Below are positions 16,604-26,120 of a stretch of DNA of 64,000 nt, one piece after another. The stretch's first letter is position 1; each line of letters starts with the position of its first letter. The notes under the pieces are model-generated. The model saw only the letters and a program-made list of their open reading frames with translations, was not told where the DNA came from and ran no database searches. This DNA comes from Thermodesulfobacteriota bacterium (lineage in GTDB: Bacteria > Desulfobacterota > Desulfarculia > JACQYL01): the NCBI GenBank assembly GCA_963675595.2, contig CAXXLZ010000002.1, positions 32,001 to 96,000 on the forward strand. Direction: 5' to 3'. The translations under genes were made by a program, and so were the position numbers.

Positions 16604-18199
16604 ATGCACCGACTTCGATTCCTGATCACCTCGTTGATAACGCTCTGCCTGTTCATCGGCGCCGTGGCGGGGGCGACGGAGCAACTTCCCACCGTGGCCG
16701 TTCTGGATTTCGAGAGTATCGGATCGGAAGAGTATCTTGGAAAGGCCGTGGCCGAGATCATACGAACCGAACTCGTGGGCACCCGGAACTACCGGGTGGT
16801 GGAGCGCTCTCAGATCAACCGGGCCGTGGAGGAACAGGAACTCCGCATGTCGGGAATGATCGACGACCAAAGCGCCGTGGAAATCGGCAAGTTGCTCGGG
16901 GCCGACCTGATCGTGGTGGGGTCCGTGGTTCGGATCGGGAACGCGTACACGATCAACTCAAGGATGATCGACGTTGAAACGGGAGAGGCGCAACTGGGCC
17001 GTAACGTCACCGGAACCGACCTCAACCTGTTGACGGATATGAGCCGGGAACTCATCACCGTTCTCTTCAGGGGTGGCGAACCCGCCCACGAAACCGAAGA
17101 ACCAAAACTTGTTGCTACCGAAGAAACAAGACCTGTTGATGCCGAAGAGCCCAAAGGCCCCGTCGCTGAGCCCACCACCGTGACCTGGGATTTCGAAACG
17201 GGAGATTTGACCGGATGGGAAGCCGCCGGCGACGCATTTCTCAACCAACCCACCTACGGAGACAATCCCACGGAACGCCGCCGGGGACAGCCTTCGATGC
17301 ATCAGGGAGATTACTGGATCGGCGGATTCGAGTTCCGAAAGCGGCCTTCCGACCCGCCCGGCCGGATTCAGGGGGATGCGCCCCAGGGTACGCTCACCTC
17401 GGCTCCGTTCCTGATCGATCGACCCACCATCACCTTTCTCGTGGGCGGAGGGTGTGACAAGAGCAAGGTGCGGGTTGAGCTGCTGGTCGAGGGTCAAGTG
17501 GTTCGCACCGCCACGGGCAGGTGTCGTGAGAGTATGACTCGTGAGCGCTGGGATGTCGCCCCATTCCAGGGAAAGACCGCCGAGATTCGACTGGTGGACC
17601 AATCCGGCGGAGGCTGGGGCCACCTCAACTTCGACGACCTTCGCTTCGAAGGGGATACAACGCCTCGGAAAGAATACAAGCCCGGAGCGGTTCACGCCAA
17701 GCCGGCTCATCCGCCCCAACAAGAAATCACATGGGACTTTGAAACAGGCGATCTGCGAGGATGGCACGCGTCCGGCCCCGCCTTCGCCTTCCAACCCACC
17801 TACGGTGATAATCCCACGGCCCGACGTCGCGCCCAACCCTCCAAACATCAGGGGGATTACTGGATCGGCGGATTCGAAAAACGTCGAGGACCCGAGGACC
17901 CCGCCGGGGGAATCCAAGGCGACCGTCCTCGTGGGGTTCTGACCTCCGAGCCTTTCACGATCGGGAAGGGTTTCATCACGTTTCTGATCGGGGGCGGCTG
18001 CGACGCCGCCAAGGTTCGAGCGGAACTCGTGATAGGAGGCCGGGTGGTGAGGACCGCCACGGGCGAATGTAACGAAACCATGAAACGCCGAAGGTGGGAT
18101 GTGCGTGAATTCAGAGGGAAATCCGCCGTAATCCGGTTGGTGGACGCCTCCGGAGGCGGTTGGGGACACCTCAACTTCGACGACGTTGGATTTGAGTGA
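16604..18199 (+). CDS. Secreted protein: CsgG/FlgO-like N-domain plus two tandem beta-sandwich (carbohydrate-binding-like) domains
   Basis: Signal peptide; TVAVLDF...VVERSQI...EIGKLLGADLIVVGSV; duplicated ~155-aa unit WDFETGDL.GW...GGGC...WDV..F.GK.A.IRLVD.SGGGWGHLNFDD. Confidence 0.8.
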   Translation: MHRLRFLITSLITLCLFIGAVAGATEQLPTVAVLDFESIGSEEYLGKAVAEIIRTELVGTRNYRVVERSQINRAVEEQELRMSGMIDDQSAVEIGKLLGADLIVVGSVVRIGNAYTINSRMIDVETGEAQLGRNVTGTDLNLLTDMSRELITVLFRGGEPAHETEEPKLVATEETRPVDAEEPKGPVAEPTTVTWDFETGDLTGWEAAGDAFLNQPTYGDNPTERRRGQPSMHQGDYWIGGFEFRKRPSDPPGRIQGDAPQGTLTSAPFLIDRPTITFLVGGGCDKSKVRVELLVEGQVVRTATGRCRESMTRERWDVAPFQGKTAEIRLVDQSGGGWGHLNFDDLRFEGDTTPRKEYKPGAVHAKPAHPPQQEITWDFETGDLRGWHASGPAFAFQPTYGDNPTARRRAQPSKHQGDYWIGGFEKRRGPEDPAGGIQGDRPRGVLTSEPFTIGKGFITFLIGGGCDAAKVRAELVIGGRVVRTATGECNETMKRRRWDVREFRGKSAVIRLVDASGGGWGHLNFDDVGFE

Positions 18200-18203
18200 G
18201 GAT

Positions 18204-19409
18204 ATGGGTAAGACCCTCTATCTGGATTGCCCCGCCGGCCTGAGCGGGGACATGATTCTGGCCGCTCTGATCGATCTCGGCCTGTCCACCGACGACCTGG
18301 AACGAGAAATCCGCGACGGACTGGGACTGCAGGGATTCGCCGTGCGCACCTTCGAAGCCCGAAAGCAGGGCATGAGGGGATTGCGCCTGGAAGTGGACTG
18401 TGAACACCCGCAACCTGAACGACATTTCAGCGAAATCGCCGGGCTCATCCAGCGGTCGAGCCTGCCGCAACCGGTGAAGGACAACGCCGTGGAGGCGTTT
18501 AAGCGCCTGGCGGAGGCGGAGGGACGAATTCACGGAGTCTCCCCGGACCACGTACACTTTCACGAGGTGGGAGCCGTCGATTCCATCGTGGACACGGTGG
18601 GTGCCATGCTCGCATGCAATCGTCTCGGGATCCAACGTTGTGTCTGCGCGCCCCTCCCTTTGGGACACGGGACCGTCCGCTGCAGGCACGGCATCATTCC
18701 CCTACCCGCTCCGGCCACGGTGGAACTGCTCAAAGGCGTACCGGTATACGGCGTGCCCGTGGAAGGCGAAACGGTGACTCCAACGGGCGCCGCCGTGGTG
18801 ACGACCCTTTGCGGCGAGTTCGGGGGCGTGCCCGATATGACCATCGAATCCGTGGGATACGGACTTGGATCGAAAGACTGGCCCGACCTCCCGAATTTGT
18901 TGCGGGCCTTCATCGGCGTTACTCATGCGGAAGAGGACCGTGTGTTGGCGGTGGAGTCCAACCTGGACGATCTGAGCCCGGAGTTGGGGGGCCATCTGAT
19001 GGATCGGCTCTTCGAGGTAGGCGCTCTGGACGTGCTCTTTCTTCCCGCGCATATGAAAAAAAACCGGCCGGGTTGGCTGGTGCAGGTCCTGGCGCGTGAA
19101 GATCGGTTGGAGACCGTCTCCAGGGTCCTTTTCACGGAATCCACGGCCATCGGAGTGAGGTACCATCCGGTGGGCCGTATTGTGCTTCCTCGAAAAGCGG
19201 AAACCTTGGAAACTCCCTTCGGCCGCGTTCAGGTGAAGAAGGTGGCATTGCCGGGCGGAGAAGTGCGATATTATCCGGAGTTCGAATCCTGCCGCAGTCT
19301 GGCCAAGTCCCGGAACGTCCCTCTCATGAGCGTTTACGAAGCCGTGAAAGTCGCGGCGGAGCACAGGGGGAACTCCGAATCGGACGATGCGAAACCTCCT
19401 CTCGATTGA
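18204..19409 (+). CDS. larC: Nickel pincer cofactor biosynthesis protein LarC
   Basis: LYLDCPAGLSGDM, VHFHEVGAVDSIVD, PAPAT, TPTGAA, ESNLDD, MKKNRPG, PEFE. Confidence 0.95.
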   Translation: MGKTLYLDCPAGLSGDMILAALIDLGLSTDDLEREIRDGLGLQGFAVRTFEARKQGMRGLRLEVDCEHPQPERHFSEIAGLIQRSSLPQPVKDNAVEAFKRLAEAEGRIHGVSPDHVHFHEVGAVDSIVDTVGAMLACNRLGIQRCVCAPLPLGHGTVRCRHGIIPLPAPATVELLKGVPVYGVPVEGETVTPTGAAVVTTLCGEFGGVPDMTIESVGYGLGSKDWPDLPNLLRAFIGVTHAEEDRVLAVESNLDDLSPELGGHLMDRLFEVGALDVLFLPAHMKKNRPGWLVQVLAREDRLETVSRVLFTESTAIGVRYHPVGRIVLPRKAETLETPFGRVQVKKVALPGGEVRYYPEFESCRSLAKSRNVPLMSVYEAVKVAAEHRGNSESDDAKPPLD

Positions 19410-19417
19410 CCGGTAAA

Positions 19418-20695
19418 ATGAACACGGCCGAAAAGAGAACCCAATTCGAAGTCATCACCATTGGGAACGAGATTCTGTCCGGAGCCGTTTCGAATCTCAA
19501 CGCCCGGTATGCCTGCAAGCGTTTGTCCGCGGCGGGCTTCAGGATTCGGGGCATCGTTTCCGTGGGGGACGTTTTTGAAGACATTCGTGACGCCCTGCTC
19601 CGGGCCGTCGACAACTCGCCTTTCGTTCTGGTGACGGGAGGACTCGGACCGACTCCGGACGATATTACCACCCGCAGCGTGGCGGAGATCTTCGGCAGGC
19701 CGCTTCGACTCGACGCGCATCTTCTGGAAAGCATCCGCGAACACCTGGAACGTCGTAATCTCCCCTGGTCCAAGGATTTCGAAAGGCTCGCCTATTTGCC
19801 GGAACGTTCCGGACGCATCGATCCCGCCGGCGACATGTGCGGCTATATGTTGCAGGAACGAGACGCGACCGTCTTCTTCCTTCCCGGTGTGCCCGAGGAA
19901 ATGAATCGGCTGCTGGACGAATTCGTGATTCCCTACGCCCTGCGGAATACCGGGGCCCCCTGTCGATTGGCCGTAAGACTCTACAAGGTTTTCGGAATTC
20001 ACGAACAGGCCGTGGCCGAAGCGATCCGGGACCTTGAGCATTCCTATTCGGACGCGTTCATCGGCTACTACCCCCAATATCCCGAAGTCCACGTCAGCCT
20101 GACCGTATTCGGAGAAACTCGGGAAGAAGTGGATTCCCGTCTGGAAACCCTGGATCGCCTCATCCGAGACCGGCTGGGACATCGCGTTTTCGGAAACGAC
20201 CAACAGACCCTCGAATCCGTGGTGGGGGACCTCCTCCGAAGCCGAAAAGCCTCTCTGGCGGTGGCGGAATCCTGCACCGGCGGACTCATCGGCCATCGCA
20301 TCACCTCCGTCCCGGGCAGTTCGGACTATTTTGAGCGCGGAGTTATCGCCTATTCCAACCGGACCAAAATGGATCTGCTGGGCGTGGACCCCGCCGTGCT
20401 GGAAGCACACGGAGCCGTCAGCGCGGAATGCGCCGAGGCCATGGCCGTGGGCGTCCGGACATCGGCCGGAACCACCTTCGGTCTTTCCTGCACGGGCATC
20501 GCGGGGCCGGGAGGAGGTTCGGAGGAGAAGCCCGTGGGCACGGTGCACATCGGACTGGCCTCCGAAAAAGGCGCGACTTCCAAGAAATATCAATTCTTCG
20601 GAACCAGGGAACAGGTCAAGATCATCACCTCGGAAACCGCCCTGCACTGGATTTGGAGAGCCATGAACCATGATCCGTTCTTTCATCGCCTTTAG
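19418..20695 (+). CDS. cinA: CinA (MCD domain + PncC NMN deamidase)
   Basis: IGNEILSG, GGLGPTPDDIT, LPGVPEEM, AESCTGG, TGIAGPGGG, KPVGTV. Confidence 0.95.
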   Translation: MNTAEKRTQFEVITIGNEILSGAVSNLNARYACKRLSAAGFRIRGIVSVGDVFEDIRDALLRAVDNSPFVLVTGGLGPTPDDITTRSVAEIFGRPLRLDAHLLESIREHLERRNLPWSKDFERLAYLPERSGRIDPAGDMCGYMLQERDATVFFLPGVPEEMNRLLDEFVIPYALRNTGAPCRLAVRLYKVFGIHEQAVAEAIRDLEHSYSDAFIGYYPQYPEVHVSLTVFGETREEVDSRLETLDRLIRDRLGHRVFGNDQQTLESVVGDLLRSRKASLAVAESCTGGLIGHRITSVPGSSDYFERGVIAYSNRTKMDLLGVDPAVLEAHGAVSAECAEAMAVGVRTSAGTTFGLSCTGIAGPGGGSEEKPVGTVHIGLASEKGATSKKYQFFGTREQVKIITSETALHWIWRAMNHDPFFHRL

Positions 20696-21230
20696 AATCC
20701 CGCCCGAAGCCAAGGATTGTCTATCCCGAATTCAGAAAAGTCTGAAAACCTCCAAGACCAATCTTCGTTTCACCCGACCGGAAGGGATTCACCTGACGCT
20801 GAAATTTCTCGGTGACATCCCGGAGGACCAGGTGGATCGCGTCCACGCCGCGATGGAGTCCGCCTCCAAAGGGCAAAGCCGGCTTTCGGTACGATTGGGA
20901 TCGTTGGGAGCGTTCCCGACGCCTCGGAAGGCGCGTGTAGCCTGGGTGGGGCTCGAAGGGGACCTCGAATCCCTGGTCGCACTGCAGCGCTCTTTGGACG
21001 CAAACCTCGAACCGTTGGGTTTTCAGAAGGAAAAACGACCCTTCCAGGCCCACCTGACCCTGGGTCGTGCCGGAAGAAACGACAATCCCCCCAATCTTTC
21101 GAAAGTTCTGGAGAACCTCAAGGCGGATTTTCAGGAACCCTTTTCACTGGAAGCTCTCGTTCTGTACAAGAGCGATCTCCGGCCCGGAGGGGCGGTTTAC
21201 GAAGCCCTTCGAGAGATTAAATTACCTTGA
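20670..21230 (+). CDS. thpR: RNA 2',3'-cyclic phosphodiesterase (2H family)
   Basis: Two HxT motifs: HLTLKFLG and HLTLGR. Confidence 0.93.
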   Translation: MIRSFIAFRIPPEAKDCLSRIQKSLKTSKTNLRFTRPEGIHLTLKFLGDIPEDQVDRVHAAMESASKGQSRLSVRLGSLGAFPTPRKARVAWVGLEGDLESLVALQRSLDANLEPLGFQKEKRPFQAHLTLGRAGRNDNPPNLSKVLENLKADFQEPFSLEALVLYKSDLRPGGAVYEALREIKLP

Positions 21231-21370
21231 GCAAGGTACTTTCTCTCGGTCGTCCGAGCTCGAGGATGCGAAAGCAATCTTCATGCTCCGGGTTGGGAAG
21301 GAACGGAAGACCTTTGAAAGAAAATCGGAATCAACCACCAAAGAACTCATTTGGGAAAGGAATATCAATC

Positions 21371-21862
21371 ATGACGTTCGAACAAATGGAACAGGAAGCC
21401 GGAGATCTCATGCTCAAGGGATTCCATTGCGGGCAGGCCGTTCTGTGCGTCGGCCTGAAGAAACTTGGGATTGAAGACAAGAACCTGGTGAAATCCCAGG
21501 CATCCATGGGCGGAGGCATCGCTTCCACGGGAGGTCCTTGCGGCGCGTTCACCGGAGGGGTGGTCTGTATAGGGCGAGTTTTCGGCAGAATCACACCCGA
21601 AGACCCCGACGACCGTCGTATGTGGAAAGCTTCCTATGAATTCTACAAGCGTTTTCAGCAAGAAATCGGCAAGGAAGCCGGCGGCTCGGTGCACTGCGGG
21701 GATCTGGCCCGGGTCGACTGGAAGAACAGAGAACAAGTGGCCGCCCATTACGGCGGTCCCGGCCGAGCCCGTTGCGCCGGATTCACCGGCAAAGCCGCCG
21801 CCATTCTGGGAGAAGTACTGGAAAAGTACGTGACCGAAGAGGATATCAAGAAAGGGATTTAA
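21371..21862 (+). CDS. C_GCAxxG_C_C family putative redox protein
   Basis: FHCGQAV, MGGGI, PCGAFTGG, SVHC, RC; start ATG 21371. Confidence 0.88.
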   Translation: MTFEQMEQEAGDLMLKGFHCGQAVLCVGLKKLGIEDKNLVKSQASMGGGIASTGGPCGAFTGGVVCIGRVFGRITPEDPDDRRMWKASYEFYKRFQQEIGKEAGGSVHCGDLARVDWKNREQVAAHYGGPGRARCAGFTGKAAAILGEVLEKYVTEEDIKKGI

Positions 21863-21877
21863 CTTCGGTTGCGAGGA

Positions 21878-21904
21878 CTGCGGCGTACATGGAGTACGCC
21901 GCAG
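21878..21904. repeat. Perfect 11-bp inverted repeat (MITE core), possible bidirectional terminator
   Basis: CTGCGGCGTAC-ATGGA-GTACGCCGCAG between convergent genes; similar to 1600-1623. Confidence 0.6.
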
Positions 21905-21925
21905 ACAGGATTGACCGACTCCCTT

Positions 21926-24034
21926 CTAGAAGCGTTCAAACTCCAACGAAGCGGCCCCCGACTGATCCGAACCGGTATAGGGCGCTTCGATGCATCTCTC
22001 GATATTCTCGTCGCTCCCCTGCTCTTCGAAATTGAGTCTCAAATGATACGGCTTTCCGCTGAGTTCGTCCACGTCGATCCCGTTGTTCACATTGGGGTCC
22101 AGAAAAACGAAATATTCCGATAGATCCGACGTGCCCACCACAATGGCCGAGCCCGAGGAGTAGGTCTGCAGGTAGAAGTTCACGTCCACCTCTCCACAAC
22201 TCGGGCTTTTCCATAGTCCGTGGTTTTCAGGAGACGCCGCGATGGCCACGGTCTTGGTGATGGAGTAGGTTTCCGCCGTGCCGGGTCGAGTAAATTCCAG
22301 CGTGCCCGACTCCTCCGAGTCGAAATTCAGCACGATCCGGTACCCCAGTCCCCCGTATTCATCCGCCTGAATACCGTCTTGGTAGTTGTCGTCGATGAAC
22401 ACATAAAACTCTACGAGGTCGGGTGAGGCCACCACGATCGTCGACCCGTCGATATAGGTCTGGATGAAAAAGTTCATGCTCAGGTCGTCTTTCTTCCATA
22501 TGCCGTCGAAAACGACCTCGTCGCTGAACACTCTCACCTCCACCACGTCGACGGTTGAGTGGCCGAAGTCGTCGGTCACGGTCAGGCGGAAAACGAACAG
22601 AGCCCCCTCTTGTGTGGTTTGGGGAGCTTCAAAGGATGCGTCGGGCGTGTCCGCATTTTGGATGCCCACCACCACGGATCCGGCAATCTGAGCCCACTCG
22701 TAGGTCAACGCGTCACCGTCCGGGTCGGAAACCTCGGCGGATAGGGAGACCGTCTGTCCGGACACTCCCATTCGGTTCGGCCCGACGTCGACCACGGGCG
22801 GTTCATTCACGGGGAAAACGGTCAGGATCATCAGGTCCGTTGCGGATGCCGCGTGCGCATCGGTTACGGTGAGGCGCAGGGTGAATTCGGCCTGTGCGTC
22901 CCCCACTTCCGGGGCGACGAAGGAAGTCTCCGGATTGGTGGGGTCCTGGAAGTCGATGGCCGTGGGACCTGAAACCACGCCCCATCGATAGGTAAGCTCG
23001 TCTCCATCCGGGTCGAAGCCGCTGCCGCTCAATACGACAACGTCCCCTTCGGTGGCGACTTTGTCCGCCCCGGCATCCGCGGTGGGGGCCGAATTCACGA
23101 ACTGCACGCTCACCTGCATCCCGTCGGTACTGGAGACTCCATGCACGTCCGTAACCTTGAACTCGAAAGTGTAGACGGCTCCGCTTTCACCCACCTCCGG
23201 CGCGAGGAAAAAGGCGTGGGATGAGTCGGGGTTGTTCAGACCCAATGTGGTGGGACCCGACTTCTGAGTCCACAGGAACGTGACGGCGTCCCCATCGGGA
23301 TCGTATCCCTCTCCGATGAGTTGAACCGTTTCACCCGGATGAGCCACCAAATCCTGGCCCGCATTGGCCACAGGAGACTGGTTGACCGGTTCCACGCTCA
23401 CCTGAAGTCCGTCAACGGAAATGGCGCCGTTGACGTCGGTCACTCTGAACTCGATGGCGAACACGGCGGCGTTGTCTCCAACGTCGGGCGCCGTGAAGGA
23501 AGCTTCGGGCGAGTCGGCATTTTGGATACTCAGGGTTACCGGACCCGATTTCTGGTTCCAGAGGAAGGTAACAGGATCACCGTCGGGATCGTATCCCGTG
23601 CCGATGAGCTGCACCTCTTCTCCGGGAGACACGGTCTGATCCGGTCCCGCATTGGCATATGGAGGCTGGTTTTCGGGCTCGACACTCACCTGAAGCCCGT
23701 CAATGGCGAACGCCCCGTGCGTGTCCGTCACGCGCAACTCAATGGCGTACACGGCGAATCCCGAACCGCTCGAAGGGGCTTCGAAAGACGCATTGGGAGA
23801 ATTGCTGTTCAATATTTCGAGCGTGACCGGACCCGACTTCTGAGTCCACTTGTAAGTAAGCGTATCGCCGTCCGCATCGCTGCCGATACCCGTCAGCAAA
23901 ACAATGTCGCCCACGGAGACCAACTGGTCGGGTCCCGCGTTCGCCGTGGGTGTCTCATTGGCTCCGCCCTGCACGGCGGTCAGCAAAATCAGACAAAGGA
24001 CGATTCCCGAAACGAGACAACGATGAGCCTTCAT
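21926..24034 (-). CDS. Secreted PKD/Ig-like repeat protein (five repeats plus duplicated C-terminal unit)
   Basis: Signal peptide from ATG 24034 (SD GGAGG); five N.PP.ANAG.DQ...D.DGD...W.Q.SGP units; two G.WK...NF..QTY..GS.IVV units. Confidence 0.88.
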   Translation of the reverse strand: MKAHRCLVSGIVLCLILLTAVQGGANETPTANAGPDQLVSVGDIVLLTGIGSDADGDTLTYKWTQKSGPVTLEILNSNSPNASFEAPSSGSGFAVYAIELRVTDTHGAFAIDGLQVSVEPENQPPYANAGPDQTVSPGEEVQLIGTGYDPDGDPVTFLWNQKSGPVTLSIQNADSPEASFTAPDVGDNAAVFAIEFRVTDVNGAISVDGLQVSVEPVNQSPVANAGQDLVAHPGETVQLIGEGYDPDGDAVTFLWTQKSGPTTLGLNNPDSSHAFFLAPEVGESGAVYTFEFKVTDVHGVSSTDGMQVSVQFVNSAPTADAGADKVATEGDVVVLSGSGFDPDGDELTYRWGVVSGPTAIDFQDPTNPETSFVAPEVGDAQAEFTLRLTVTDAHAASATDLMILTVFPVNEPPVVDVGPNRMGVSGQTVSLSAEVSDPDGDALTYEWAQIAGSVVVGIQNADTPDASFEAPQTTQEGALFVFRLTVTDDFGHSTVDVVEVRVFSDEVVFDGIWKKDDLSMNFFIQTYIDGSTIVVASPDLVEFYVFIDDNYQDGIQADEYGGLGYRIVLNFDSEESGTLEFTRPGTAETYSITKTVAIAASPENHGLWKSPSCGEVDVNFYLQTYSSGSAIVVGTSDLSEYFVFLDPNVNNGIDVDELSGKPYHLRLNFEEQGSDENIERCIEAPYTGSDQSGAASLEFERF

Positions 24035-24227
24035 GCAGAACCTCCCGTATTGTTGCAAAGGACGTCGCCGAACGAGGCGGCGGTATCGAACAAGCCTTTC
24101 GGGATGACAAATGCCACCCGAACAACGAACAGCTTCGGCCATCTAGATAGAAAAAGCCTCATCTCGTCAAGATAAACCTCCGGCACGTTCGCCAATGCCG
24201 GTTTTGTCAATGACTGTGCGTACTTCG

Positions 24228-24256
24228 TTGACTTTGCAGGACCTGTCTGCTACGTT
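24228..24256 (+). promoter_or_regulatory. Putative sigma70 promoter of rubrerythrin
   Basis: TTGACT-17 bp-TACGTT. Confidence 0.45.
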
Positions 24257-24321
24257 CAGGCTCACCGATTTTGTATTCGGAAAATCCGTGAACACTCGCA
24301 CGTTTAAGGGAGAATTACAAT

Positions 24322-24828
24322 ATGGAAACCCAGACCAAGAAAAACCTGAGCCAGGCTTTCGCAGGTGAATCTCAAGCCAATCGTCGTTATCTCGCCTTTG
24401 CCGAGAAAGCACAGGAAGAAGGTCTTCCCGGTGTGGCGCGCCTGTTTCGAGCCGTGGCCCAATCCGAAACCATCCACGCGCTCAACCATCTGAAGGCCGC
24501 CGGAGTGGTGAAGACCACGGCGGAAAACCTCGCCAAGGCCATCGAAGGTGAAAAAAGCGAATACACGGGAATGTACCCCATGTTCATGGACCAGGCCAGG
24601 AGAGACGCCGACAGCGACGCTTTGAACTCCTTTTTCTGGGCCAACGAAGCCGAACAGACGCATGACGACTTCTACGTGAAAGCACTGGAAGCGGCAAAGC
24701 AGGGAAAGGACATCGAACTGGGCGAACTGCACATCTGTAAGGTGTGCGGCTACACCGTGGAAGGCAATCCCCCGGATGTCTGTCCCGTGTGCAAAAAGGG
24801 CAAAGAGGTCTTCATAAAAGCCGATTGA
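24322..24828 (+). CDS. rbr: Rubrerythrin
   Basis: AFAGESQA, ETIH, EQTH diiron ligands; CKVCGY...CPVC rubredoxin domain. Confidence 0.95.
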   Translation: METQTKKNLSQAFAGESQANRRYLAFAEKAQEEGLPGVARLFRAVAQSETIHALNHLKAAGVVKTTAENLAKAIEGEKSEYTGMYPMFMDQARRDADSDALNSFFWANEAEQTHDDFYVKALEAAKQGKDIELGELHICKVCGYTVEGNPPDVCPVCKKGKEVFIKAD

Positions 24829-24967
24829 CGCATTCGTCCATGGAGGGAACCATGAAGATACCCTTGGTGGTTCCCTCCCGATCGAGAAGGGAATCCCGGG
24901 CCCGTAAGATCCTCGAGACATACGCCCGGTTGCCCGCCGGGTTCCAAATCTTTGGAGGAAAAGACCT

Positions 24968-26026
24968 GTGGAACGCTACATAGAGAAAGAATGGCGGGCA
25001 CTCAAGTCCATCAAAGACCGGAATCGCGTCGGTGTATGGGGTTTCGGCAATGTTTCGAGGGACGTAGTTCTTTACCTGGCCGATTCGGGGCTGGGCAAAG
25101 AGATCGTCTTTTACGGGAGACCCAAAGAGCACTACGGCAATCGAGCGGGGGCGTGGGTCAGCGATCTCCGAGCGAATACGATACACGGCCCCCGGCTGGT
25201 GGGCACAAACCGTGTCAAAGGCATGGCCGACCTCGACGTGATTTTTTTCGGGGTGGGCGTCCCCCGGAGAGAAGGACAAACACGAAGAGACCTGCTCTCG
25301 GTAAATACGGAAGTGATCGCAAAAACCTGCCTCGAGGTTCGCGACCTTTACAAGAACACTCCCCCATCCGACCTGCCCGTTCTGGTATTTCTGGGGAACC
25401 CGGTAACGGCCTTGACCTGGGTGGCCTACAAAGTCACGGGCTTTCCCGCGAATCTCGTCATGGGACAGGCAGGGATATTGGATTCCCGCCGAATCTGTCA
25501 TGCCGTCTCCCTGGAACTCGGTCTTTCCGGAAACGACATGAGGGGCATTGTCTTCGGAGACCATGGAGACTCCATGGTGGTAAGCCCCCGATACTTCACT
25601 GTGGGAGGCATTCCCCTGGACGTCGTCGTCGAGAACCAAAACGTGGATCTTCGCGCCATACTCGAAGTCATTGAAGACGCTAAGAAGGGGGGAACCCATT
25701 TCGTCAACGAAACGGGTCAAAGCGCCTCCGCTGGACCGGCAAAAGCAGTAGGGCAAATGCTCCGATGCGTTGTGTCGGGACAGCCCGAGGTCCTCCCCGT
25801 AGTCGCCGTCATCCGGGAAGAATACGGCCTGCTCCGTCCTGAGGACGGTCTCGACTCCATGAGTTTCGGAGTGCCTGCGAAAATCGGTTCCGGCGGGGTC
25901 GAGCATATTTATGAGCTGCCTGTGGACGACGTAAGGGAAGACATGGAACGGTCCGCTGCGGAGATCAAGCAGGACCTTCACATTGCGGCCGAAACACTCC
26001 AAAAGAAATACGGTATCGAGGTATAG
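24968..26026 (+). CDS. mdh: Malate dehydrogenase (LDH-like family), divergent
   Basis: GVPRREGQTRRDLL (Arg specificity residue), NPV, GQAGILDSRR, GDHGDSMV. Confidence 0.85.
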   Translation: MERYIEKEWRALKSIKDRNRVGVWGFGNVSRDVVLYLADSGLGKEIVFYGRPKEHYGNRAGAWVSDLRANTIHGPRLVGTNRVKGMADLDVIFFGVGVPRREGQTRRDLLSVNTEVIAKTCLEVRDLYKNTPPSDLPVLVFLGNPVTALTWVAYKVTGFPANLVMGQAGILDSRRICHAVSLELGLSGNDMRGIVFGDHGDSMVVSPRYFTVGGIPLDVVVENQNVDLRAILEVIEDAKKGGTHFVNETGQSASAGPAKAVGQMLRCVVSGQPEVLPVVAVIREEYGLLRPEDGLDSMSFGVPAKIGSGGVEHIYELPVDDVREDMERSAAEIKQDLHIAAETLQKKYGIEV

Positions 26027-26120
26027 AGAGCATTGAGAGTCGCCGAGTCGTAGAAGCGGGCCGGCGCGCTTTCAACTCGAATCGCCACCACCACCACCCG
26101 ATGCGGGCAAGGAGTGACCG

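Noticed and set aside
24287-24302. Rex-like site upstream of rubrerythrin (CGTGAACACTCGCACG)
   Set aside because: Right half-site deviates too much to support without a position-weight matrix
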